DNA of 64,000 bases from Candidatus Latescibacterota bacterium (GTDB taxonomy: Bacteria > Latescibacterota > UBA2968 > GCA-2709665), in contig CBDCOX010000002.1 of the NCBI GenBank assembly GCA_965219995.1, forward strand, positions 4,608,001 to 4,672,000. The letters run 5' to 3'. Positions within the stretch are counted from its first letter, which is position 1, and every line of letters starts with the position of its first letter. The notes under the pieces are model-generated. The model was not told where the DNA came from and did not search any database. It worked only from the letters and a program-made list of their open reading frames with translations. Shown here piece by piece: positions 18,401-26,721 of this stretch. A program made the translations under genes and the position numbers.

Positions 18401-20122
18401 ACCCTCATGCACCCCTCTTACGTCACTGCGGTTGTGTTTTCGCCAGATGGAGAACGATTGGCTTCCGGGTCATGGGACCAGGTCATCAAGCTCTGGGACG
18501 TCGAGTCGATGCGCGAGGTTGGATCCTGGGAAGTGGAGGGGCAGGGGAACTCAGTTTCGTTTATTTCGTTGGATTTTTCGCCGGACGGGTCGAGGTTGGC
18601 GGCTGGTCTTCGGGACGGCACGGTCAGGCTGTGGGACGTGGCGACCCGGACGGAGGTGGCCATGATGGACGGGCACGCGGATCGCGTCAGTTCGGTGTCG
18701 TTCTCGCCCGGCGGCGCCTTGCTTGCTTCTGCCGGGGGGTGGAGTGATCGTTCGGTCCGGCTATGGGACGTGGCCACACAGACAGAGGTCGCCGTATTGA
18801 AAGGGCATACCCGTGACGTGCGATCGGTGGCGTTTTCTTTGCCCGATGGGGCTACCCTTGCATCAGCCGGGGGATGGGACGCAACCGTGCGACTGTGGGA
18901 CGTGGCGACCGGTACGGAGGTAGCGACTCTGGACGAGCACAAGGGTGCGGTTGTTTCGGTGACGTTCTCGCGAGGAGGGGGCACGCTCGCCTCGGGGTCC
19001 GCTGACGGCACGGTCTTGCTGCGGGACGTGGCCTCGGGCAACGTCGCCAGACTTTCCGGTCATACATCCATGTCCTCAATGGCGTTGTCGCCGGATGGCG
19101 CAACGCTGGCATTGGGACATAAGGACGGCGCGGTCGGGCTGTGGAACGCGGAAACGAAAACACGGATTGTTACATTGAAGGGTCATTCGCATGACGTCCT
19201 CGCCCTGTCGTTTAGCGCGGACGGGAAGACCCTGGCGTCCGCATCGGGGGACCGTACAATCAAGATATGGGACGCGAGAACAGGCGCAATGATTACCGCT
19301 CTGGAAGGCCATACAGAGGGCGTGACTTCTGCGGCGTTTTCTACGGACGGGAAGGTCCTGGCTTCCGGGACGACAAATGGAGACGTGTGGCTGTGGGACG
19401 CGGCGACGTGGAGGCGAAGCTCGCGGCTTGAAGGGCATAGGGACCGGGTCGCTTCCCTGTCGTTTTCTCCGGACGGCCAACTCCTGGCGTCCGGGTCGTG
19501 GGACCGCACCTTCAAAATATGGAACGTAAACACACGGGTACCGGTCCTGACCCGGCACGGTCACACAGGTTCAGTCCATGCGGTGACGTTCTCGCCGGAT
19601 GGAAAGACCCTGGCTTCCGGGGCGGGAGACGGAGATGGTACAGTGCGCCTTTGGGACCTGCGGACCGGAACCAATTCCGCCACCTTCAAGAACCCCTATG
19701 GCGTTTATTCGTTGGCGTTCTTTCCGGACGGCGAATTGCTCGCTTCGGGTATCTGGTTTTCCGTTACGGTGTGGAACGTGGAAACACAGGAACAGATTGG
19801 CGTACTCGAAGGGCCCAATCGCCAAATTCACTCCCTGGCGATTTCGCGCGACGGCAGCACTCTGGCCACAGGCGCATCGGATGGTACGATTCTCTTATGG
19901 GACGTAACGCAGTATCTCCCGCCCAAAAACCCCGATCCGGACTTCGACGGCGACGGGACCGTCGGTTTTTCCGACTTCGTGCAGTTTGCGGCAAAGTTCG
20001 GGCTGAGTCAGGGCGATGAGGGGTACGATGGGCGGTACGATCTGGACGGGAACGGCGCGATCGGTTTCAGCGATTTTGTGGCTTTTGCCGGCGCGTTCGG
20101 TCAGAGAGCGACCGGATCGTGA
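15488..20122 (+). CDS. M60/enhancin-like metallopeptidase + Big-1-like Ig + WD40 repeats + C-terminal dockerin-like EF-hand pair
   Basis: WHSTGLYAAPGE, NAFGGLIY, APWGEI, gluzincin motif HEVGH (17309-17323)...GTVEVAVNLF; more than 10 WD40 repeats (GH...V.SV.FSPDG..LASG..D.T..LWD); DFDGDGTVGFSDF...DLDGNGAIGFSDF. Confidence 0.88.
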   Translation: MKAAIRCLIAMLMVVCVETDPALEGRIPLGSGASATEVNDDLDALLDGVAEVAMPPGGPGAMCVYGPEAFPVIVGAASSSVNGARAPVVAAGYWEGGRMVAVGSLGLLFLQSTLETAHNGRLMENALHWAAGKTRPDRPRIGVVGNRDLRLWLKQAGYDVVETALTIASLRTVDVVAMTMWDETEQEVSALLAFVRAGGGLVAQSSGWFWADRHPDLDLAGDFAGNRLLARVGIQWTGLTANPTSTLGFTVDGPPDELTHAARALDAVEANGLTQPELAQATYTLTSTLYSLPPDDTLFAPRLHVLIEPDEYRWPSAERPVEEADLLDRLAATLFVTENLRTPAESVRAHPAAADFPGSVPADAPRLSRTVTIDATKPAGHTTSPWSEPHKHRWHSTGLYAAPGELITVTVPSAVAAAGLHVRVGAHSDANWNRTEWTRMPEIGRRFPISSTTTLAANAFGGLIYVEVPVNADLGRITVMIEGAVAAPIFVLGETDPAEWRSEIRHAPAPWGEIAGRNMIVTIPASEVRDLDDPAAVAETWDRILDLNAELAAWPSPARVRPERFVIDRQTSHGYMHSGYPIVAQLDQPVNLVSVEHLRSEGQWGPFHEVGHNHQSRDWTFDGTVEVAVNLFTLYVYEYLCGIPVARSYREWADPRSQAMIANYDFDNPDFELWKREPTLALYMYVQLQQAFGWEAYRQVFATYRALSDAERPKNDDEKRDQWLVRFSRQVRRNLGPFFEAWGVPTSAAARASIGELPVWLPSEFSTLTIVSGNGQHGAPGDALARPLVVEVIDPYGKVLPGASVTFKVTAGDGKLSGRFSTEHVTSDALGRAELPFTLGPDPGPNTVVVSIGERELATFTAQGVGPMVGGLKGDYRTWHLPDGATLRLGKGAMGQGDRAVALSADGRFLAVASDIGVWLYEAATSGILALLPTERPVISVTFSIDGLLAAGMENSGIIQLWGVETGASRGTLMHPSYVTAVVFSPDGERLASGSWDQVIKLWDVESMREVGSWEVEGQGNSVSFISLDFSPDGSRLAAGLRDGTVRLWDVATRTEVAMMDGHADRVSSVSFSPGGALLASAGGWSDRSVRLWDVATQTEVAVLKGHTRDVRSVAFSLPDGATLASAGGWDATVRLWDVATGTEVATLDEHKGAVVSVTFSRGGGTLASGSADGTVLLRDVASGNVARLSGHTSMSSMALSPDGATLALGHKDGAVGLWNAETKTRIVTLKGHSHDVLALSFSADGKTLASASGDRTIKIWDARTGAMITALEGHTEGVTSAAFSTDGKVLASGTTNGDVWLWDAATWRRSSRLEGHRDRVASLSFSPDGQLLASGSWDRTFKIWNVNTRVPVLTRHGHTGSVHAVTFSPDGKTLASGAGDGDGTVRLWDLRTGTNSATFKNPYGVYSLAFFPDGELLASGIWFSVTVWNVETQEQIGVLEGPNRQIHSLAISRDGSTLATGASDGTILLWDVTQYLPPKNPDPDFDGDGTVGFSDFVQFAAKFGLSQGDEGYDGRYDLDGNGAIGFSDFVAFAGAFGQRATGS

Positions 20123-20560
20123 GTTGATGTCCTGAACCCCCCGCCCTTGCGGGAACGGCGCTCGCCGAATTCCTGTTTCCCTCCTGACGCTTCTCATCGG
20201 CAGCGTCATCCCCTCCTCTTGCGCCAGCCCTCGCGTCCCACGTGACGGTTTGAAACAAGAAGCAGATGCGGCAGGAATGTCAACCCGTGTTGGCCGGTTC
20301 TCTCCCAGATTGGCCCCGAATGGGGTCATTTTCAGCGAAATATCATCGAAGACGAGTGAAAATTCATAGATATATCATAAGTTTTGCTTAACTCAAAAAC
20401 ACTTTTCCATTATATTTATAACTAAGGCAGGCGATCGCCCGATCCACTCGCGGCATCGTCCAGCGACTCTGCAAGCCAGGGCGAAGCCGGGCTTCGCCTG
20501 AGAAATTCGGTTTGTCATTGTTCAGAGACGGTAATACACGATGGCATCTTCGGGAGTCGA
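20123..20560 (+). repeat. Conserved leader/promoter cassette, copy 3
   Basis: Starts at the base after the M60 gene stop; direct repeat of 14911-15351; TCA at 20332/20343/20364/20375; TTAACT-17-TATATT at 20388-20416. Confidence 0.9.
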
Positions 20561-20611
20561 CCCACATAAGGCTTTCCGGCCCCGCCGGCAACAAACGAAA
20601 GGCGACAGGGA

Positions 20612-23392
20612 ATGAGAACAAGACCCGTCCGATTGCACGTACGTGTCGTTTTGGCCGCCATTGTGATCTGGCTGAACAGCCTCTATAACCCCCAAAAGAG
20701 TCTCGCCGGCCACGAGGCTACCATGACCGGGATGAGCGTGGTCTCCGAACCCGCACCGGCGCCGTTTGTGGAGCGCAACCCCGATGACCCCGACGGCGAC
20801 ATCTACCACGTAGGGCAAACCATCAGGATCTCGGCCACTTTCAGCCAGAGATTGAGGGTGAGCGGCCAGGTCACCATGGACGTCACCATCGGGGACTCTG
20901 TGAGGACCGCGACGTACCATCGCGGTTCCGGAACAAACATTCTGGTGTTCAAGTACGAGGTGATCCCGACCGACGCGGACACCGACGGGATCAGCGTGCC
21001 CGCCGCCGATTGGGGCGGCAGCGGCTCGGTCCGGACCACGCACTCCAACTTGGATGCTGAATTCACGCCCCTGGGGCTCGGCACTCAGTCGGATCACAAG
21101 GTGGACGGGAGTCTGGGGCCCTGGGTCACAGGTGTGGTAATAGCCTCCACGCCTGCCTCCGGCAGCACCTACCGGTACGGGGAGAACGTCTGGGTCGACG
21201 TGAAGTTCAGCGGTCCGGTCCGGGTCGAGAGCGACAATCGACCATACCTTGCTTACAACTACCAGGATGCGGACGGGGAAACGAGGCAGAAGAGAGCCGG
21301 GTACAAAAGTGGAAGCGGAACCAATACGCTGCGATTGTCATTTCCGGTGGAATCCAACTTCAAAGACGACGACGGGCCCAGCATCCTGTCCGCCTACGTT
21401 GATGCCGCGGGCTCATCGGAACGCAGGGTCTGGGCACTGGACCACGACGTGAGGGCGCCCTGGCGAATGAAAGGGATCGAAGCGGGGACCGACCACAAGA
21501 TGAACGGGGAGCCGTACGTAAAGAGCGTTGCCATCACCTCCACTCCGGAACAGGGGAAGACCTATCGGCGCGCCGAGGTCATCCGGATCACGGCCACCTT
21601 CGACCAGAAGGTCACGGTGGAGGGGACCCTGAATAAAGGCTTGAGGTTCACCTATGGAGACAATGAGTACACCAACCGGCGCGCCGGATACGCCTCGGGC
21701 TCCGGCACCCGGGCCCTGGTCTTCGAATACACTGTCAGGAGGCAGGACAAAGACCCTGACGGTCTGAGCATCCTCCACAGCAACAACAACGGCTGGGGCG
21801 GCGGTGGGAAGATCTGGTCGGCCCTCGCAACGGGACAGGCCTCGGGCACGCAGGTGCAGGCCGACCGCAGCCACGGCGAGACAGTAGACGCGACAAACCA
21901 CAAGGTGAACGGGGAACTGGACCCCATACGCCCCGCCATCTCGTCGATCGAGATCGTAACCGATCCCGACACCCTCGGCACGTACACCGCCGGCGAGTGG
22001 ATCGGCGTCAGGGCGACCTTCCACAAGAACGTGGTCGTCACCGGCACGCCGCAGCTCGAGCTGAGCATGGGGGCAGAGACGAAGAACGCCCTGTTCGGGC
22101 AGGGCTCGTTCGAGGGGAGTGTCCGCCCCGGGAACAGGAACCCGGGCCCGAATGTGTTCTTCGGCTACCGGGTACAGGAGGGTGATATCGATACGTCCGG
22201 CATCGCCATCGGAAAGAACAAGCTCAGCCTCAACGGCGGCGCCATCAACAACGCGGCCGATTCCAGCAATACCGCGGACCTTGACCACGATGCCCTGGCC
22301 GCCGATGCCGGCCAGAAGGTTGATGCGGTCGCCCCGGCCGTCTCGTCCATCGCCATCAGTTCGGATGCGGGGGAGGATGCCTACTACGCCGTCGGCGACA
22401 GCATCGAGGTGACGGTGACCTTCACGGAGGAGATCACGGTCACCGGGGCGCCTCGATTGGGGCTGGCCGTCGGCAGCAACGCCAGGTCGGCCGTCTACCG
22501 CGCCGCCGAAGGCCCGGCGTCGGTTCTCACCTACGTCGTGCAGGAGGGGGACAGCGACGGGAACGGAATCTCCATCGAGGCGGACACGCTCAGCCTCAAC
22601 GGCGGCGCCATCGGGGACCTGATCGGCAACGCGGCCAGCCTGGACCACGACGCAGTAGCCGCCGACGCGGACCACAAGGTCGACGGGGTGTACCCGACCC
22701 TGACGGACGCAGTCAGCTTCACCCAGGGCACGTATATCAATCTGAACTTCAGTGAGAGAATCACCGTTCCGTCGATTCTGCGCACGATCAGCAGCTTCGT
22801 GAATGTCGAGCTCGACCGGTTCTACATCGCCGTCCTCTCGGTCAAGATGGGGGACGAACTCGTGAAGCCACGTTCCGCTACCCTCACGGGCTCCCGACTG
22901 CGTCTGAACCTCGCGGCGCCGCTGATCGCGGGCCAGCGGACGTGGGTATCCTACGACAACATCTTTGCCCGCGATGCGGCGGGGCTCTTCATCGACCGGG
23001 CCGGCAACCCCCTGGCCAACTTCAGCAACACCTGGGTAATAAATCAGTCGGATGTTGCAGACGGGGAATCGGACGTGGGAGAATTGGAGTTGAGCCTGAC
23101 CGAGCTCACGGTCACCGAAGGGGAATCCGCATCCTACACGGTGGCCCTGGAATCCCGGCCTTCCGCAGACGTGACCGTTGCGACGTCGAGCTCGTCCACG
23201 AAGCTTTCGGTCAGCCCGGCAAGCCTCACCTTCACCGCGCAAAATTGGGACACGGCGCAGACGGTGACGCTTACCGCCGGCCACGATGACGACGAGCTCA
23301 ACTACTGGGTGAGCGTGACCAGCACGGGCAGCGGAGGAGGCTACGAAGGCTCGGAGAAGTGGGTGCTTGTGGTCATCGAGGACGACGACTGA
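20612..23392 (+). CDS. Secreted Ig-like repeat surface protein with a SwmB-like domain and one terminal autotransporter-type repeat
   Basis: About five repeats Y..G..I.V...F...V.V.G.P.L......R.A.Y..GSGT..L.F.Y.V...D.D.DG; SwmB-like segment (INLNFSE..LRLNLAAPL.AGQ..VSY..DRAGNPLANF); the last ~105 aa match the repeat unit of 3879-12509. Confidence 0.7.
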   Translation: MRTRPVRLHVRVVLAAIVIWLNSLYNPQKSLAGHEATMTGMSVVSEPAPAPFVERNPDDPDGDIYHVGQTIRISATFSQRLRVSGQVTMDVTIGDSVRTATYHRGSGTNILVFKYEVIPTDADTDGISVPAADWGGSGSVRTTHSNLDAEFTPLGLGTQSDHKVDGSLGPWVTGVVIASTPASGSTYRYGENVWVDVKFSGPVRVESDNRPYLAYNYQDADGETRQKRAGYKSGSGTNTLRLSFPVESNFKDDDGPSILSAYVDAAGSSERRVWALDHDVRAPWRMKGIEAGTDHKMNGEPYVKSVAITSTPEQGKTYRRAEVIRITATFDQKVTVEGTLNKGLRFTYGDNEYTNRRAGYASGSGTRALVFEYTVRRQDKDPDGLSILHSNNNGWGGGGKIWSALATGQASGTQVQADRSHGETVDATNHKVNGELDPIRPAISSIEIVTDPDTLGTYTAGEWIGVRATFHKNVVVTGTPQLELSMGAETKNALFGQGSFEGSVRPGNRNPGPNVFFGYRVQEGDIDTSGIAIGKNKLSLNGGAINNAADSSNTADLDHDALAADAGQKVDAVAPAVSSIAISSDAGEDAYYAVGDSIEVTVTFTEEITVTGAPRLGLAVGSNARSAVYRAAEGPASVLTYVVQEGDSDGNGISIEADTLSLNGGAIGDLIGNAASLDHDAVAADADHKVDGVYPTLTDAVSFTQGTYINLNFSERITVPSILRTISSFVNVELDRFYIAVLSVKMGDELVKPRSATLTGSRLRLNLAAPLIAGQRTWVSYDNIFARDAAGLFIDRAGNPLANFSNTWVINQSDVADGESDVGELELSLTELTVTEGESASYTVALESRPSADVTVATSSSSTKLSVSPASLTFTAQNWDTAQTVTLTAGHDDDELNYWVSVTSTGSGGGYEGSEKWVLVVIEDDD

Positions 23393-23459
23393 GAGGATTG
23401 TTCAGAAGCAGTGTACACAGACGTATCACCTGAGCGACTCGATGGATTGAGGCTGTAAG

Positions 23460-24707
23460 ATGAAACGACTGTCTTGTGTTCTTGCCGTGATGTTTTCCCT
23501 TTTCCCGCGAGCCGCCGCCGGCGCGCAGCCGCCGCTGGATACGTGGGAACTGGTGGAAAACAGTCTGACGTTCAACATCGGGGCGATCATCGTCCAGGGT
23601 GAAGGGGAGGATCCCGTTCCCTCGTCACCCTACGTCACCCTGGAGCTGTATCGGGGCAACGCCTACAGGTTGTCCATCGGCGCCCGCGCGGCGGTCGGGT
23701 ACGCGTTTCCGCGTTTCCTGCCGGAACCGCCGGGGCACGCGGCGCCTTCCACACGGGCTACGGGTGGGCATGGATATTATACGGTGCATTCCGATACGCT
23801 GCGTTTCACTACCCATTTCGTGAGTCTGATTGCTGACGGCGTGGACCTGGGAGACGTCGTAAGGCAGTCCGACGATGCGAGGATTCAGAGAGAGTACACG
23901 CTGGCGCTTTCCCTGGTAAATGCGGCCTTCCTGGAACTCTTCAACGACCTGTACGCGTACCGGTCCGGCGACAGGCTGGTCTTCGTGCTGCCCGGCGACA
24001 GCGACTTCGCCGTCGCGGCGGAAGGTTCCGGGGACCGGATCGTGTGGGCGCTTCGGCGGGTGGGAGGTCCCCCGTCCACGTCGCGTACGGCGGTAAGGGC
24101 CACGGTGATCGGGGGTGCGGCGGAAGCGCTGACGCTGGAGTTCGCGCGTTCGATTTCGGGGCGTGCCGTGTACTATGCCTGGCGCACGACCACCGACCGT
24201 GACGGCAGGGCGGACCTCGATATCGTCACGCTGGACCGGGTGGGCGTCACCGGCTACTACAGCGCCCGCGCCCGCAACGGGGAGGGCGAGGTCGTGGGGC
24301 GGTGGAACAGCATTCCCCTGAATGAAAACCGTCGCCAGGTCCTGGAATTGACGCTGCGCGGCAGCGCGCGGGTGGTGTCGAGTCTCGCGATACACGCGGC
24401 AAAGACGGCCGTGCTTCCGGTAGAGCAGGCTGTCGCGGGGCTGGCCCCCAACTTTCCCAACCCATTCAACAGCAGCACGCTGATCGCGTACCGGCTTGCC
24501 GCCCCGGGCGTGGTTCGGCTGGAGATCTTCAATTCGCTGGGGCAGCGCGTGCGGACGCTGGTGGACGACACCCGGGCTGCCGGGCGCTACGTTGTGCAGT
24601 GGAATGCCCGTGATGGACGGGGCGAAGAGGTGGCCGCCGGCGTCTATGTGATGCGCCTGTTGCATCCCGGCGGCGTGGACGCCCGGCGCATGCTGTATCT
24701 GAAATAG
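23460..24707 (+). CDS. Secreted protein: unknown N-terminal domain + shared ~95-aa module + FlgD_Ig/T9SS-CTD-like domain
   Basis: Signal peptide; GYY.ARARN..G.VVGRW.SIPLN...RQ.LELTL module shared with 12825-14687; PNFPNPFNS CTD ending in LYLK. Confidence 0.75.
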   Translation: MKRLSCVLAVMFSLFPRAAAGAQPPLDTWELVENSLTFNIGAIIVQGEGEDPVPSSPYVTLELYRGNAYRLSIGARAAVGYAFPRFLPEPPGHAAPSTRATGGHGYYTVHSDTLRFTTHFVSLIADGVDLGDVVRQSDDARIQREYTLALSLVNAAFLELFNDLYAYRSGDRLVFVLPGDSDFAVAAEGSGDRIVWALRRVGGPPSTSRTAVRATVIGGAAEALTLEFARSISGRAVYYAWRTTTDRDGRADLDIVTLDRVGVTGYYSARARNGEGEVVGRWNSIPLNENRRQVLELTLRGSARVVSSLAIHAAKTAVLPVEQAVAGLAPNFPNPFNSSTLIAYRLAAPGVVRLEIFNSLGQRVRTLVDDTRAAGRYVVQWNARDGRGEEVAAGVYVMRLLHPGGVDARRMLYLK

Positions 24708-24783
24708 CGTGCCTGAACTACATAACTTTGCACACGGAATACGCGCGGTTGCATCACCTGACCCCTACAAGGAGGCATTCTAA

Positions 24784-25542
24784 ATGAAACTTGCATTGTC
24801 ATTGGTTATCGCCTGGTTCATCGGTTCGGCATTCCCGGTTGCGGCGGAACAGGCGCCGTTCGAGGGCCAGGTCGTGAATCCGAAGTCGCTTCCGGTCCAT
24901 GGGGCCCGGATCGAGCTCTACCGGCTCGACGATCCCACTGCGAGGGTAACGACACTGACCGACGAAAGCGGCGCCTTCTCGCTGCCCTTGAGAGACATCG
25001 CACCGCCGCGGGAGAACGAACTCATGCAGAATCATCCCAATCCGTTCAATCCCTCTACGCTCATTCCCTTCGAAATCTCGGAGGGGGGCCACGTTCGTCT
25101 GGACGTCTTCAACATTCTCGGGCAGCGCGTGGTCACCCTGATCGACGAGGAGCGTCCCGCCGGATTTCACAGGGTGCAGTGGGACGGCGCCGATGCCGTC
25201 GGTCGGGGCGTGGCGGCGGGCGTATACATCTACCGGCTCAGCACCGGCAACTGGCACGATGCGCGGAAACTGATGCTGCTCGACGGCGCGTCGCGACGTC
25301 CTGGCGGCGGGGCGGAGCGTCTCCCGCAAGAAGCAGGGGGGAATACGTACGGCGTGAAGATTTCCGGCGAGGAGATTCTGCCGGAGAGCTTTACCTGGCG
25401 TCCGGGATCGGGGCCCCTGTTTGCGGAAGTGAAGAGCCTTGAAGACGTCCTTCCGCCCGAGATCAAGAACGCCGATACCGCGACCAATCCCTTCTCGGGA
25501 ACCAGCCTCGCCTCCATCATCCAGGTCGTTTCCGGGCGTTGA
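24784..25542 (+). CDS. Secreted protein with a carboxypeptidase-regulatory-like N-terminal domain containing an internal FlgD_Ig-like domain; probably C-terminally truncated
   Basis: AAGGAGG RBS; signal peptide; GQVV...PV.GA.I.L...TLTDESGAFSL; QNHPNPFNPST..VFNILGQRV.TL..WDG.D..G..VAAGVYIYRL. Confidence 0.7.
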   Translation: MKLALSLVIAWFIGSAFPVAAEQAPFEGQVVNPKSLPVHGARIELYRLDDPTARVTTLTDESGAFSLPLRDIAPPRENELMQNHPNPFNPSTLIPFEISEGGHVRLDVFNILGQRVVTLIDEERPAGFHRVQWDGADAVGRGVAAGVYIYRLSTGNWHDARKLMLLDGASRRPGGGAERLPQEAGGNTYGVKISGEEILPESFTWRPGSGPLFAEVKSLEDVLPPEIKNADTATNPFSGTSLASIIQVVSGR

Positions 25543-25584
25543 TATGTGCTGAATCGGCCATCAAGCAGGCCCGAACCCGGGTCT

Positions 25585-25705
25585 TAAGCACGGCGCCGCA
25601 CCCACCTCCACAACCACCTTCTCCACCGTTGCCGTAGACCCCTGCCCCCACGGTGACCTGGACTGCGCCGATGAACGATGCCGGACCGGCCGTCACCGGC
25701 TTCCG
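25585..25705 (+). pseudogene. Gene debris: Pro-rich linker and the start of an FN3 domain (VTWTAPMNDAGPAVTGF)
   Basis: Translation of 25653-25703 resembles an FN3 N-terminal strand; preceded by a Pro-rich stretch ending in a stop. Confidence 0.5.
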
Positions 25706-25819
25706 ATCTCCCTCAATGATCATCTGTCAGCACTCCGTTGCGTTCCGGTCAGGGACCGACGCAACCTTCTTGCGCAGGTCTGCAGAACGATCTCGCCGAG
25801 AATTCTTATCGTCTGACCA

Positions 25820-25907
25820 TAAAATCACGATAAAGTCACTATAACGTGGTGCTGAAGTCACTAAAAAGACATATTAATATTGTATATTGTCATGATAATG
25901 ATACAAT
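25820..25907 (+). promoter_or_regulatory. AT-rich promoter region with phased TCA repeats (25825, 25836, 25858; ACA at 25869)
   Basis: Offsets 0/+11/+33/+44, nearly the same as the leader cores; candidate -10 GATAAT or TACAAT. Confidence 0.5.
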
Positions 25908-25925
25908 AAATGCGGCTCATGGTAA

Positions 25926-26084
25926 ATGCGATTCAACCAGAAACTCGGGCTGAGGTCGGCGGACGCGGACTTCGACCCGCGTATGGACCTGGACAGCGAC
26001 GGCGCCATCGGGTTTTCGGACTTCCTCATGTTCTGGTTCTGGTTGCCGATTCTCTTTCTCACGAATCTGCATTGTTATCAATGA
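25926..26084 (+). pseudogene. Orphan second half of a dockerin-like EF-hand pair (52-aa ORF, not in the ORF track)
   Basis: MRFNQKLGLRSADADFDPRMDLDSDGAIGFSDFLMF... matches the second half of the dockerin-like module of 15488-20122 (FGLSQGDEGYDGRYDLDGNGAIGFSDF). Confidence 0.7.
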
Positions 26085-26100
26085 TGCACGCGGAGTTTTC

Positions 26101-26721
26101 ATGACTCGCAGCATCAAATCGTTCGGCCGCCTGCCTGGTGTTGCAGGCCTGGTTTTCCTGGCGATGTTCATTACTACCTCGTCGCTTCCGACTCAGTCCA
26201 GCCGCTTTTCGCTCTCTCTGGATCTGGATGAAGCCGCTGGCGACCAGGCCGTCTCCTCGCTCGATGTGCTGCCAGATCAGCCAGTCTCCATACAGATCTT
26301 CGGCAGGGAGATCAAGGGCGCCACCGGCATGTCCGCGCGCTTGCGTTTCGATGCCGCCCAGGTCGCATACGTGGGATTCGACCCGGGCGACGCACTGCCG
26401 AATGCGTACGTCGTCGAGCAGCGGGATACCACGTCCATCGCCATCGACGTTTCTTCCCTGAGCGGATCGGTAACGGAGAACGCAGGCCTTGTAGGCACCG
26501 TGCGTCTTCGCACCACCGCGGCCTTCTCGGACACGGAGGTCTGGCTGGTGCAGGCTGAGCTTAGGCGGGACGGCCGTTCCGAAGCGGGATCCGGGGCGGT
26601 GTGGGTTCTTCTGGATGCGCCTTCTCCTCCGTCACCGGACTTCAATGGAAGCGGTGTCGTAGATTTCGCCGATGGACGAGGACGGCAAGCCACCCGTAAG
26701 TGGGTACGAGGTGGGGCATAA
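26101..26721 (+). pseudogene. Signal peptide + cohesin-like domain + first half of a dockerin-like motif; truncated by an out-of-frame junction
   Basis: Beta-rich domain (VSIQIFG..I.GATG...LRFDAAQV.Y.GF...GLVGTV.LRT), then PSPDFNGSGVVDFAD breaks off into unrelated sequence at about 26672. Confidence 0.6.

Noticed and set aside
14911-20560. Leader repeats as integron attC sites or IS ends of a composite transposon
   Set aside because: Too long, no terminal inverted repeats or target duplication seen, no integrase or transposase in the window, and they contain promoter features
21413-24665. 623-aa and 346-aa minus-strand ORFs
   Set aside because: Antisense to well-supported genes; no motifs
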